Shown here: in pieces, positions 8,829-18,624 of the stretch
Layout: the number at the start of each line of letters is the position of its first letter
Position numbering within the stretch: position 1 is the stretch's first letter
Assembly (NCBI GenBank): GCA_038046605.1
Contig: JBBSVW010000028.1
Span: forward strand, 1 to 29,729
DNA: 29,729 nucleotides
Origin: Candidatus Micrarchaeota archaeon
GTDB taxonomy: Archaea > Micrarchaeota > Micrarchaeia > Norongarragalinales > SBBD01
Direction: 5' to 3'
Translations under genes and position numbers: made by a program
Notes under the pieces: model-generated
The model's database searches: none
What the model saw: the letters and a program-made list of their open reading frames with translations, nothing else
What the model was told of the DNA's origin: nothing

Positions 8829-9298
8829 TTTCCTTTCTTTTCCTTCTTCCATGGTGAGTTATTCGATTTTATTTTCTTAATTATTATAGACGCATTTCCT
8901 GTTGTCATTAACTTAAGCTCGGATATTGGAATGCCTAATCTAATATGGGGTGGAATATTTTCTGCAAATCTTGAAAGCAATACGTGCCGGGCAAAATCAC
9001 TCCTCATTGTTTTTGCTGCCCCTGTAATTTCTTCTCGAACCAAAGGCGCTAATTCATGGTTGCCTTCCCTTAACGCCTTATAATATCTTTCTGCGGTATC
9101 CTGTTCGCCTGCTGCCATCAACAACCTGACTGCACCTACGTGTTCACCAGCATCCCTTAAATTTTCAGCCTTCCTAAGTTCTCTATTAATTGCGGCTCTT
9201 GCCTCCTCTATTTTGGCTTCAGATTGTCTAATTCTTAAACCATTGAGATCTAGCGGTATTGCTTTATTGTGTATCCGTAGACTTTCTAAGCTAACCAT
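8825..9298 (-). CDS. Hypothetical helical orphan protein between nadA and nadB
   Basis: 157-aa ORF that fills the gap and is visibly AT-richer than its flanks. Its stop overlaps the nadA stop. Confidence 0.7.
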   Translation of the reverse strand: MVSLESLRIHNKAIPLDLNGLRIRQSEAKIEEARAAINRELRKAENLRDAGEHVGAVRLLMAAGEQDTAERYYKALREGNHELAPLVREEITGAAKTMRSDFARHVLLSRFAENIPPHIRLGIPISELKLMTTGNASIIIKKIKSNNSPWKKEKKGN

Positions 9299-9322
9299 TC
9301 TACCACCAATTTAATACTTCTA

Positions 9323-10819
9323 ATGGCATATTTAAAAAGGGTTGATATGGAAACCGACATCCTTGTCATTGGCAGCGGAATTGCCGGCCTTAGCCTTGCC
9401 CTTAAGGCCTCGAAAATCGGGCAAGTGGTAGTTGCAACCAAGAAGGCCGCATTTGATTCCAATACTGCCGAGGCGCAAGGGGGCATTGCAATTCCGGTGG
9501 GTAAGGCAGATGAGAAAAAGCACATAGAGGATACGCTAAAAGCAGGGAGAGGAATATGCAACGAAAAGGCAGTTGCGCTTATGGTCAAAAAAGCGCATGA
9601 CCGGATCAACGAGCTATCTGAGTGGGGCGTCAAGTTTGAAAAGGAGAAGGGCGGATTCAAGCGCACCTTGGAAGCTGGCCATAGCGTCCCTCGCATCGTA
9701 TTCAATGTGGATGCAACAGGCAGGGCAATCGAGCACAAATTGGTGATGCTTGCAAGGGAAAACAAGAATATCCGCATTTTGGAGGATTCGATGCTTATTG
9801 ATTTGGCAATTGGCACTTCCGGTAGCTGCGTTGGCGCCTCGTTCCTTCGTGAGAATTCATTCATCCAAACTATTTCAGCAAAATTAACCATTCTTGCAAC
9901 CGGAGGCCTTGGCCAAATTTATGAAAAAACCACAAACCCCCATGTTGCAGCGGGGGATGGATTTGCCGCCGCATTTCGGGCAGGGGCAAAAATGGAGAAC
10001 ATGGAATTTGTGCAGTTCCATCCAACCAAGCTGGACGTGCCCTCCAATCACCCATTCCTGATTAGCGAAGTGCTCCGGGGGGAGGGAGGCACGCTCATCA
10101 ACTGGAAGGGAGAGCAATTCATGCAGCGCTACGCAAAGGAAGGCGAGCTTGCGCCGCGCGATGTTGTAGCCCGCGCGATTTACATCGAAAGCCAAAACGG
10201 GTCCGTTTACCTTGACATGACCCACAAAAGCGAGGAATTCCTGCGAAATAGATTCCCAACAATATATGCAAAATGCCTGGGATTTGATTTGGACCTTGCA
10301 CATGATAAAATACCAGTCACTGCAGCTGCGCATTACATGTGCGGCGGCGTAAAAACGGATTTGAAAGGGAATTCGAGCATTCCTAACCTCTATGTGATTG
10401 GCGAGGTCGCCTGCACCGGAGTGCACGGCGCAAACCGGCTCGCCTCCAATTCGCTTCTTGAGGGCATGGTGTTTGCGCATGAAGCATATTTGGATGCCAA
10501 GGGAAAAATCGGAAAACTCGCTTTGGAAAAAGCGCCGGAAATGGTGTTTTCAATTGGAGATAGCAAGGATACGGCAAACCCAAGGCAAGAAATCAAAAAG
10601 CTCATGTGGGAAAAGGTGGGGCTTGTCAGGAATGAAAAAGGGCTAAAAGATGCAATTGATATGCTTGGAAAAATGGATTTCAAGGCAAAGCCCTCCATTT
10701 CCAAATCAATAAATTCCAAATCCCTGGAGGATTGGAACATGGCGCAAACATCCCTCCTTGTTGCACGCGCCGCCTTAAAGCGGAAAAAGAGCCTTGGGTG
10801 CCATTTCAGGACAAATTAG
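9323..10819 (+). CDS. nadB: L-aspartate oxidase
   Basis: Motifs VIGSGIAGL, AQGGIA, EAGHS, LATGG, FVQFHPT, SEVLRGEG, ELAPRDVV, AAHYMCGG and GVHGANRLASNSLLE, with nadA nearby. Confidence 0.96.
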   Translation: MAYLKRVDMETDILVIGSGIAGLSLALKASKIGQVVVATKKAAFDSNTAEAQGGIAIPVGKADEKKHIEDTLKAGRGICNEKAVALMVKKAHDRINELSEWGVKFEKEKGGFKRTLEAGHSVPRIVFNVDATGRAIEHKLVMLARENKNIRILEDSMLIDLAIGTSGSCVGASFLRENSFIQTISAKLTILATGGLGQIYEKTTNPHVAAGDGFAAAFRAGAKMENMEFVQFHPTKLDVPSNHPFLISEVLRGEGGTLINWKGEQFMQRYAKEGELAPRDVVARAIYIESQNGSVYLDMTHKSEEFLRNRFPTIYAKCLGFDLDLAHDKIPVTAAAHYMCGGVKTDLKGNSSIPNLYVIGEVACTGVHGANRLASNSLLEGMVFAHEAYLDAKGKIGKLALEKAPEMVFSIGDSKDTANPRQEIKKLMWEKVGLVRNEKGLKDAIDMLGKMDFKAKPSISKSINSKSLEDWNMAQTSLLVARAALKRKKSLGCHFRTN

Positions 10820-10863
10820 GGGGGTGGTGGAGATTAATAGGGCATATTCGGTTTGTTAGAAAT

Positions 10864-11244
10864 CTACTTTTTGTTGCTTCTCGACGCAACAAATTCCTTT
10901 AGGTTTTTTACACTTGGGGTGAGAATAAATCCATTTGCAACTTTCAATTGCCGTGCCAATTCCTTGGCATGGGGGAACAATCCTTTTTTTTGCAAAATTA
11001 CTGGCTTGCCATATTCATTCACGGCAATAATGCCAACTACCCCGTTTGCCTTCACTAACTGTATGCCCGCGCTAAAGCCGATCATCCTATGGTGTTCCTC
11101 CGGCAGGATGTGCATTCCGGCATCGCCAATGCTGTATTCGGGATTATTAGCCAGGAATGGCCGGATTTGCATTTGTGTTATTTTAATCAGGTATTGGATG
11201 CTTTTTTCCACATATGCCGCTGCGTCCGGGTTCATCCGCGGCAT
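10864..11244 (-). CDS. Hypothetical protein, likely co-transcribed with the 1404-aa gene
   Basis: 126-aa ORF starting 7 nt after the upstream stop, with SD-like AGTGAT. Confidence 0.7.
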   Translation of the reverse strand: MPRMNPDAAAYVEKSIQYLIKITQMQIRPFLANNPEYSIGDAGMHILPEEHHRMIGFSAGIQLVKANGVVGIIAVNEYGKPVILQKKGLFPHAKELARQLKVANGFILTPSVKNLKEFVASRSNKK

Positions 11245-11251
11245 TGTCTTA

Positions 11252-14200
11252 TCACTTTAGTTTTATTATCCTGACCGCCATCACTCCCGCAACAATTGCC
11301 CCCAGCATCATGAGCGCATACGGGAACTGCTCTGGAAATGAGGGTATGGAAAATGGCGTCGAATTTGAAGAGGTGCCCTGCCTTGTCTGGTAGCCGTAAA
11401 GATTATCGCCAGGGATTCCGCGCGTCCCTTCGGGCGTGTTGTATAAACTCAAACCGCGCTTTGCAAATTCATCATTCCATGGGATGTCCTGCCCGTTGAG
11501 GGCGTACCAAAGTCCCGTCCTTGGGTCAAAGGCAATCATCCCTCCGGCGCCCTTAGCTGCTAGAAGTGCCGCAAGCTCCAAAAGCCCATCCGGTCCCTGC
11601 GCGGATAGCACCGGCTGGCCATTTTTCATGTCCAAATTGAACTTGAAATCGCCCCTGTCCGTTGGGACAATTATGTCGTTTCCTTCCCTCCTAAGCGGGC
11701 CGGTAATATTGTAATCCGTTTGTTCACCGGTCTTTTTGTCAATTACGGAAAGAACCTGCTTGCCATTCTCATCCGTTGAAATCACATATTTCTTATCCGG
11801 CGTTTCAAGAAGCGTGAACCCGCCGCGGTTTCCATTTGCATCTGTTTGCACCTTATCAAGGGCTTCCTTCATCTCCTGCGCCTCCTTTTCACCGCCAACT
11901 TTAGGAATCACATTGTCAATTGAAATGCCCGGGACGCTTTTCCCATTCTCATCGATGGTGTTCTTAATTGATGTGGATATCGCCTTGATGTTATCCGCCG
12001 CCTTGGTTTTGGCAAGAATGTAAAGAGCAACCACTAGCCTTTTTCCGTTTTCATCAAATTCAATCCTTCCGCGCTCGGTGATTATTGTAAGCAGCGTTCC
12101 GGCTTGTACCTCCTCAATCCCTTTCTTTTCGCGCAAATGGCCCTTGATTAACACATCCCCATTGCCCATAATGGAAATCAGGTTTCCATTTTGTGCGCCT
12201 GCCCCAAGCTCATCCATCGCTTCAATAGAAGGCGCTTGAATTTCCTCACCTGCTTCAAATGCCTCTTCCCCACCCAGGGCTTCCGGAACATCAATTCCAA
12301 GTATTTCTGTTGCATTCCTTCCGGTGCTACGGATGTACCTGATTTTCCCCTCATCGGCAGTGATCCTCCCTTCCGTTGTGTAGACTGCTACAACCCTCCC
12401 AAAGCCCGAAGCACTCAAATCGCTGCCCACATCAATTTTTAGCGTTTTAAGCTGCTGCCTTAGGCAATCCATTGTTGAGCAGCCATCGTTTGTAATCAAT
12501 AGGTTTCCTCCCAGCGATCCTGGCGTTACCTGCAATATTTCGCTTTCATAGCACGCATTATCCAATCCAGCAGAAATTATGCGGTTTGGAATAAGCGTCC
12601 TGGCAAGATCCTGCATCATTAGTGAAAGCAATCCGCGGTCGGGATTTGATGACAATTTGAGGCTCTTTCCGGTTTTCTTATCCGTGTAGGTGACTCCCTT
12701 ATCATCAACGCAAACAAACCCATCCTTGGAATCATGGCATTCGCGGAAGCAGCCATTCTTTGCTAGCTTATCGTACACCCCAAACCATTGCTGCGTTGCG
12801 CCATCGAGGTGGATGTAAAATAGATCCTCCGGATTTAGCTGCCCGTATGGGTTGTCCTGGATCGCCCTCAAATTAAGCATTTCAGTTAGTGATTTTTCTT
12901 CCACCTTGCTGCCGATGCCCCCAAGCAAACCGGACAAGTTGAGCTGCTTGCCCACATCGATTTTTGTTATCTGGTCGAATTTTTTTTGCAGGTTCTGGTT
13001 TGCCTTGTCGGCTGAGATTTTCTGGTAGGCCAAAATCTTGTAGGATGTGTCCTTGCAGAGGGAGACGTATTCAAAACCGCGGCTTGCAATGACTTGCTTG
13101 CCTAGTTGAACTGGATCGAGGAGGACAATTGCTTTGTAGAGGTTTGCAGTAGCCTTTTCCATGGTCGTGTATTTCAATTCCGTCTTGTAGGGATCCAATT
13201 TCCGAAATTCCTGGGTCTTTGTTGTAATCTGTTTTGCCAATGCCTCGTGCTGGTCCGATGCGTGAAGAAAATCGTTATACAGTTTGTTGTAAGCTGGATT
13301 ACCCTGCCTCAATCCAGATTGTTCTGCCTGCGTTAACAGTTTAATACTGCTCGCTTTAGCCGCATATTCTTCCCCAGCCAATAGCTTCAATTCGTTGATC
13401 TCGCCGGATGTTTTGGTTAATAGTTCAGTTTGAGCCTTCGAGAAGAAACCAGTGGTCTTTGAGGATAGCCCCTTAAGGAAGCTTGCTTTGAATGCCCCGC
13501 CCAGGACCTGCAAGAACCCCTGATTTGGCCAAACGACGTTGGATGCAGACTGGACGATTGATACGCCGGTGAAAATCCTGTATTTTAGCAGCATGTTATC
13601 GACAATCTCCTCATCGCATACCTCGTCCTTGCTAAATCTCACCGGATCCACGAGCCTTGTCACAACAAAATCGAAAATACCCGCCCTTGTGATTGTCGAT
13701 ACCGGTCCCGAAAGGTATTGAATGTCGGCTCTCCTGTATATCAAGAAATTGACAAGGGGTGCAAGCACTGCCATGGACTGGTAATATTTTGCAAACTCCG
13801 CGTTATTCTTTATTGTAGTTCCCAGTTCAAGGTTATTGCTGTAAAGCGCGAAGCTGGTGTAGTCCCCGCCCTTCCTTACATCCTCAAATAACGAGCTTTC
13901 AGCCTGCCCTTTCCAATCCATTTTAACCTGCCAGCCAGTCCCTTTCTGCTCAAAGCTGGTGTAGCTGTCTGAATATTGCTCTTCTGGCGTTGAATCTCTT
14001 GTGATGTAAAATACCTTCCCGGTTTCGAATGCCTTTGTTGGCGCGCCCGCCTCCATCAAATCTGATGCCCAATCCGTGATTTTACCTGTTCCAAAGAAAT
14101 CTGATGCCCTCCTGAAATCGGTCAGGAAATCGTTATTATTTACGTAAATCTGAAGGTAATTATCCTTCAGCTTTTTATCGTTGGTAACCAATGATGAAAA

Positions 14201-15466
14201 AAGGATTTGATTTGATGCTGATAGGGCGATTCTTGCAGCCCCCATCCATCCAGCTCCATAGAGCATTATGGCTACCGGCTTCCATTTCTGGACGGATGTT
14301 TCAAAATCAAGCTGTCTCATTAATTTCTCATTCCCTTCGATCCTGCGGTTAGCCTCCAGTCCCTCGTTTAGCAATTCGTCGCCCTTTAGGCTGTCGCCTA
14401 GCCTTCCTTGGTTAAGTTTGCTTAACCGTTCGAGCTGTTCCTTATCGTCTTGCATTTGAAGCTTAAGTCCGTTCACTCCCTGCCTTGAGAATAATATTGA
14501 CGCTGCCCCTGCAAGCGAAGCCCACATTTCATAGTTGCTCCATTGCCCAACTGTGGTGACATACTTTTCATACATCCTTGGGATGACCATGCTTCCAGCA
14601 TAACTGTTAAGGGCAGCTGTAGTTTGCTTGGTAGTGATGTGCTGGGGAGCCTTCACAGTTGTCTTGCTCTGGTCAAAGCCTAGGAGGACATCTTTGTTGA
14701 GGAGCGCCTGGAATGTGACTTTTCCGTGGATGAAACTCCGGTCAATTAGGCATTGGTTCTCCTTTTCCTGCGGTTGGGTCTTCATGATGTCTTTCAATGC
14801 AACGCTCTTGCCGTTTGGAAGCACCACTTTGTATGCTTCATAGGCAGGCTTTGGAATTTCCCCTTGCTGTGAAATCCCAAGCACTTGAGCAAGCTTATCT
14901 TGCCCCCCAGTTGTCCGCGATGCAATTGCCCTAATCTGCTCACGGTTGAGCTTTCCGGTTTCGCTGTCTATGCCGAATTCTTTGGCAATCTCTTCGCGCC
15001 CCTTTTCATCATATTCCAAAAGGTTCGCAATATCCTTTATGCCGTAAACAGGCTGGTCGGCGAGATTGATGTTGATTTGGATGTTTTGGGTAGTTTGGTT
15101 TGTTGGATCATTTTTCCTAAGGGCAGAATCGCTTAATGTGGAGAGCTGCTCGGTTTGGAAAGTCAATAGGCCCTTTTGGTACCTTGCAACCTCCGCTGCA
15201 TCCATCTCCGCCATCTGGCAGGTTCCTTCAAAAGTAGTGAAATCCCTGACCTCCTCATCGGCAAAATTCAATTGGGATGGGGGGGTTGCTAAAGAGATAA
15301 TTTTGGAGTTTGCGATGTTTCCGAACCCATTCGATCCTTCTTTGCCACCCCCATCATCGTAGTAATCGTAATAATATGTGGATGCGTATGCGAACGGTGA
15401 AAATAGGGATAGGAGCATCAGCATGAAAACGGATAGGGAAAACACTCCCCCAGCAGAAGGCGCCAT
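11252..15466 (-). CDS. Very large exported, C-terminally membrane-anchored protein (1404 aa)
   Basis: Signal peptide (...LFSPFAYA), scattered Cys and internal hydrophobic helices. The C-terminus is IPSFPE plus a TM helix and a basic tail. Confidence 0.9.
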   Translation of the reverse strand: MAPSAGGVFSLSVFMLMLLSLFSPFAYASTYYYDYYDDGGGKEGSNGFGNIANSKIISLATPPSQLNFADEEVRDFTTFEGTCQMAEMDAAEVARYQKGLLTFQTEQLSTLSDSALRKNDPTNQTTQNIQININLADQPVYGIKDIANLLEYDEKGREEIAKEFGIDSETGKLNREQIRAIASRTTGGQDKLAQVLGISQQGEIPKPAYEAYKVVLPNGKSVALKDIMKTQPQEKENQCLIDRSFIHGKVTFQALLNKDVLLGFDQSKTTVKAPQHITTKQTTAALNSYAGSMVIPRMYEKYVTTVGQWSNYEMWASLAGAASILFSRQGVNGLKLQMQDDKEQLERLSKLNQGRLGDSLKGDELLNEGLEANRRIEGNEKLMRQLDFETSVQKWKPVAIMLYGAGWMGAARIALSASNQILFSSLVTNDKKLKDNYLQIYVNNNDFLTDFRRASDFFGTGKITDWASDLMEAGAPTKAFETGKVFYITRDSTPEEQYSDSYTSFEQKGTGWQVKMDWKGQAESSLFEDVRKGGDYTSFALYSNNLELGTTIKNNAEFAKYYQSMAVLAPLVNFLIYRRADIQYLSGPVSTITRAGIFDFVVTRLVDPVRFSKDEVCDEEIVDNMLLKYRIFTGVSIVQSASNVVWPNQGFLQVLGGAFKASFLKGLSSKTTGFFSKAQTELLTKTSGEINELKLLAGEEYAAKASSIKLLTQAEQSGLRQGNPAYNKLYNDFLHASDQHEALAKQITTKTQEFRKLDPYKTELKYTTMEKATANLYKAIVLLDPVQLGKQVIASRGFEYVSLCKDTSYKILAYQKISADKANQNLQKKFDQITKIDVGKQLNLSGLLGGIGSKVEEKSLTEMLNLRAIQDNPYGQLNPEDLFYIHLDGATQQWFGVYDKLAKNGCFRECHDSKDGFVCVDDKGVTYTDKKTGKSLKLSSNPDRGLLSLMMQDLARTLIPNRIISAGLDNACYESEILQVTPGSLGGNLLITNDGCSTMDCLRQQLKTLKIDVGSDLSASGFGRVVAVYTTEGRITADEGKIRYIRSTGRNATEILGIDVPEALGGEEAFEAGEEIQAPSIEAMDELGAGAQNGNLISIMGNGDVLIKGHLREKKGIEEVQAGTLLTIITERGRIEFDENGKRLVVALYILAKTKAADNIKAISTSIKNTIDENGKSVPGISIDNVIPKVGGEKEAQEMKEALDKVQTDANGNRGGFTLLETPDKKYVISTDENGKQVLSVIDKKTGEQTDYNITGPLRREGNDIIVPTDRGDFKFNLDMKNGQPVLSAQGPDGLLELAALLAAKGAGGMIAFDPRTGLWYALNGQDIPWNDEFAKRGLSLYNTPEGTRGIPGDNLYGYQTRQGTSSNSTPFSIPSFPEQFPYALMMLGAIVAGVMAVRIIKLK

Positions 15467-15544
15467 GATATACCCTAACCAAAGTCATCCTTATAAACAT
15501 TATTTTGGAGTTAAGCGGCGAAGTTTTTAGCGCACCGACGTCAA

Positions 15545-15670
15545 ATGGGTTGAAGCATGGATCATTTTTAGGTTAAAGCGATCAGTTGGGCTCCCAGATT
15601 AGGGCATTAATCTCATTTTCCGCCATTGCTTGGGATGGTTTATCGCCCCTTTTCCATGCATGAAGCCCAT
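15545..15670 (+). ncRNA. Candidate structured element upstream of the ftsZ promoter (about 126 nt)
   Basis: Nested stems ATGGGTT/AGCCCAT, GCATGGA/TCCATGC and GCGAT/ATCGC, with inner AGATTA/TAATCT. Confidence 0.3.
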
Positions 15671-15764
15671 AGTAGATTTTAAAAGTGTTTATGCGCTTAG
15701 TAAATGCTAGTCGTAATACAAGCGTTTTATCCAAATCAAATTTGGGGGCGCAGGGTGGTGAAAA

Positions 15765-16841
15765 ATGGAAAGCATAGTATCTGATGCATTGAGGCATTCT
15801 TCGAAGAAACTCGAGGGCGAAGAATTTTTCGAAACCCCCCGCATAATGGTCATCGGGACCGGCGGAGGGGGCTGCAATTCCGTCAACAGGCTGGCGCGTT
15901 CCGGCATAAAGGGCGCGGAGCTCGTCGCAATCAACACGGATCGGATGCATTTGACGATGATCAACGAGTCCGTAAAGAAAATTCTCATCGGCGCTTCCAT
16001 CACGAGGGGGCTGGGAGCCGGCGGATATCCGGAAGTCGGGGCAAAATGCGCCGATGTCTCACGTGATGCGCTGGAAAAGCTCCTTTCCGGAGCGGATTTG
16101 GTATTTCTCACCTGCGGCATGGGCGGCGGGACCGGAACAGGTTCTGCCCCGATTATTGCCGAACTCGCCAAGAAACAGGGTGCAATCGTCATTTCCATCG
16201 TGACCTATCCGTTCGCACTTGAACGCGCAAGGCTGGAGAAGGCGGATAACGGCATCGAGGCGCTAAAATCGCAGGCGGATACGATCATCGTGATCGACAA
16301 TAACCGGCTTGTCCAGATCGTGCCAAACCTTCCAATCGACCAGGCGTTCAATGTAGCTGATGAAATCATTGCACGGGCAGTGCGCGGAATCACCGAAACC
16401 ATCACCACCCCCTCGCTAATCAACCTTGATTTTGCGGATGTACGCGCTATCATGAGCAACGGCGGAGTTTCCATGATTGCAGTTGGGGAAGCAAAGGGAA
16501 CTGGAAGGGCGGATGAGGTCGTTGCAAACACCCTAAATCACGCTTTATTGGATGTTGATTTCACCGGCGCAACCGGAGTGCTCCTGCATATTACTGGAGG
16601 CCCCGATATGACCCTTGGTGAGTGCAATTCCGTTGGAACCGCGCTAACCGAGCGGGTTGATCCAAACGCAACAGTCATCTGGGGCGCGAGGCTTGATCCG
16701 GCATTCGAGGGCAAGATCGAGGCAATTGCAATCTTTACCGGAATCCAATCGCCCTATGTGCTGGGCAGGTCTCAAGTGCCAAAGATGGCTAATGCGTCCA
16801 ATTCCGGCGCAAGGAGCGTTGATGACATTGAGTTTATTTGA
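15765..16841 (+). CDS. ftsZ: Cell division protein FtsZ (FtsZ2-like)
   Basis: Motifs GTGGGGCN, AINTD, GMGGGTGTG and NLDFAD. PFALERAR resembles archaeal FtsZ2. SD GGTGGTGA. Confidence 0.98.
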   Translation: MESIVSDALRHSSKKLEGEEFFETPRIMVIGTGGGGCNSVNRLARSGIKGAELVAINTDRMHLTMINESVKKILIGASITRGLGAGGYPEVGAKCADVSRDALEKLLSGADLVFLTCGMGGGTGTGSAPIIAELAKKQGAIVISIVTYPFALERARLEKADNGIEALKSQADTIIVIDNNRLVQIVPNLPIDQAFNVADEIIARAVRGITETITTPSLINLDFADVRAIMSNGGVSMIAVGEAKGTGRADEVVANTLNHALLDVDFTGATGVLLHITGGPDMTLGECNSVGTALTERVDPNATVIWGARLDPAFEGKIEAIAIFTGIQSPYVLGRSQVPKMANASNSGARSVDDIEFI

Positions 16842-16867
16842 GGTTTTTACCTCCTTACTCTTTCTTT

Positions 16868-17542
16868 TTATTTTTCCAAATCCCTAATGATTTCTTCGAT
16901 TTGTTGTAACCATTTTTCCATCCGCGCTGTGGCCAATTCTTTCTCTTTTGAGACCTCACAATCCCCTCCTTCTGGTTTTCTTGTTATTTTCTTTGGCACT
17001 ACGAAATCCCATTTTGTCTCTAATGATTCTCCAACTTCTCCTTCTAGGGAAGCAGGCAAATTGAAATGGTGTGCTATATAGTTGCGATAATTATCAATTT
17101 CATCATCCAAAATTTCCATTTTATTAAAAATTTTCCCATCCTCCGAATCCGGTATTGGTTTTTTTGTATCTCTATAATATTTCCTAACTCCTCCAAACGT
17201 TATGCGTCTTTTATCAGGCGTATTAATATTGAAAACTTTATCGAAGATGTGTGCTGAAATATCGAGTATTGAATTTATTTGAAATAACGCAGCCTCGAAA
17301 TGGGACAAATAAAAGTATCTTGTGTAGTCATCTTTTTGTTGTGTTATTTTTTCTTCATTCTTCTTATTTACTCTCATAAAATAATCTTTATATTTCTTTT
17401 CAGTTTCTTCCATTTCTCTGAAAAAAATACGAGCATATCTGCTTTTTTGATCCATTGCTTCTAGCTTCTTTTTTATCCAGTCCTCTCCTTTCCAATCTGG
17501 TAAATAGGCTCCAGTCGTAGTTTTTAGTATTAATTTTCCCAT
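16868..17542 (-). CDS. Putative HEPN-domain RNase (Cthe_2314/LA2681-like)
   Basis: Rx4H motif RNYIAH (17086-17069) and upstream helix FEAALFQINSILDISAH. The gene is AT-rich with SD GAGGGGGG. Confidence 0.65.
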   Translation of the reverse strand: MGKLILKTTTGAYLPDWKGEDWIKKKLEAMDQKSRYARIFFREMEETEKKYKDYFMRVNKKNEEKITQQKDDYTRYFYLSHFEAALFQINSILDISAHIFDKVFNINTPDKRRITFGGVRKYYRDTKKPIPDSEDGKIFNKMEILDDEIDNYRNYIAHHFNLPASLEGEVGESLETKWDFVVPKKITRKPEGGDCEVSKEKELATARMEKWLQQIEEIIRDLEK

Positions 17543-17644
17543 ATGATCCCCCCCTCATTCGATCATATATTGGTGCAAATTTAAAGAGATATATTTATAT
17601 AGTTAATTGACGCTATTTTAGTGCATAAACAGATGGTGATTAGC

Positions 17645-17893
17645 ATGCGAACTACGTTAAGCTTTGAAGGGCTGCCGGAATTGATATTGGAAAAAGCGGT
17701 TGAATTGGGGCTGGCGCGCTCGAAAACCGATGCGCTCAGGATGGGCATTTTTGCCCTCAATAAGGAATATCATCTCGTCAAGGATATTGAGGAGGCAATG
17801 GTTGCAAGAAAGCTTGAGCTTGAGGAAGAGGGGATGAAAGCTTCAGGTGAAAAATACCTATCCGAAAAGGAGGCGCTTTCCAAATACCGGTGA
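17645..17893 (+). CDS. Putative antitoxin, ribbon-helix-helix-like
   Basis: MRTTLSF...ILEKAVELGLARSKTDALRMGI with a charged tail. SD GGTGAT precedes ATG 17645, and a RelE-like gene follows. Confidence 0.75.
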   Translation: MRTTLSFEGLPELILEKAVELGLARSKTDALRMGIFALNKEYHLVKDIEEAMVARKLELEEEGMKASGEKYLSEKEALSKYR

Positions 17894-17897
17894 TTGC

Positions 17898-18173
17898 ATG
17901 GAACTGAAGCAATGGCGCCTCGAATTCAAGCTTGGCTGGGACGTGCACTTCAAGGATTTTGACAAAAGCGCCCAGCAACGGATTATGAAAAAAATCGAGC
18001 AGATAAAATCACCATTGCAAGGACGGGGTTTGCATTCCTCCCGATTCAAGGTTGAGGAGGCCGGCGGCTATCGCATAGCGTATATTGAGGATGAGCTGGC
18101 GCAATCAAGGAGAATCCACTTTGTCGGCGATCACAAGCAATACGAAAGATGGTATTCGGGCAGGAGTGATTGA
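17898..18173 (+). CDS. RelE/ParE-family toxin
   Basis: Pattern FKDFDKSAQQRIMKKIEQI...GGYRIAY...IHFVGDHK. SD GGTGA overlaps the antitoxin stop. Confidence 0.8.
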   Translation: MELKQWRLEFKLGWDVHFKDFDKSAQQRIMKKIEQIKSPLQGRGLHSSRFKVEEAGGYRIAYIEDELAQSRRIHFVGDHKQYERWYSGRSD

Positions 18174-18237
18174 ATTATTCCATTTATTTCCAACCCCTAG
18201 TTGAACCTTTATTATTCTTTGCGGGCGCAGTATTTCC

Positions 18238-18624
18238 ATGCCTAACAAAATTCGGGATGTCGATCCACATGAATTGGCCCTGAAACTACGGAGAATTGTG
18301 GGGCGCGGCATTCGGGGGCGTTTGAAGGATATTGATGGATTAAAAATCGGGCTTGCGCGCAGTGCTCCGCAGAGGCATATTGTGATTAACGCCACCGTAG
18401 GCGATGAATTCAGCCACTCCGCGCTGATTCCGCTCCTCACCTCCTATCTGGATGATGTAGCAACTTCGCATACCGATGGTACGAATTTGGGCCATATCCT
18501 AAGCTTTCACTCGCCACTCGAAAAAAGAGACCATGAACGGATGATTTACCCCCTTACGTGCACTTTGGAGATCAGGGATAGCATCAGCAGGCAAAGGAAA
18601 CGGCGCCCTAATGAGCGAGGATGA
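18238..18624 (+). CDS. Hypothetical basic orphan protein
   Basis: 128-aa ORF with TATA-like TTTATTA about 25 nt upstream. Its 3' end overlaps the HAD gene end. Confidence 0.6.
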   Translation: MPNKIRDVDPHELALKLRRIVGRGIRGRLKDIDGLKIGLARSAPQRHIVINATVGDEFSHSALIPLLTSYLDDVATSHTDGTNLGHILSFHSPLEKRDHERMIYPLTCTLEIRDSISRQRKRRPNERG

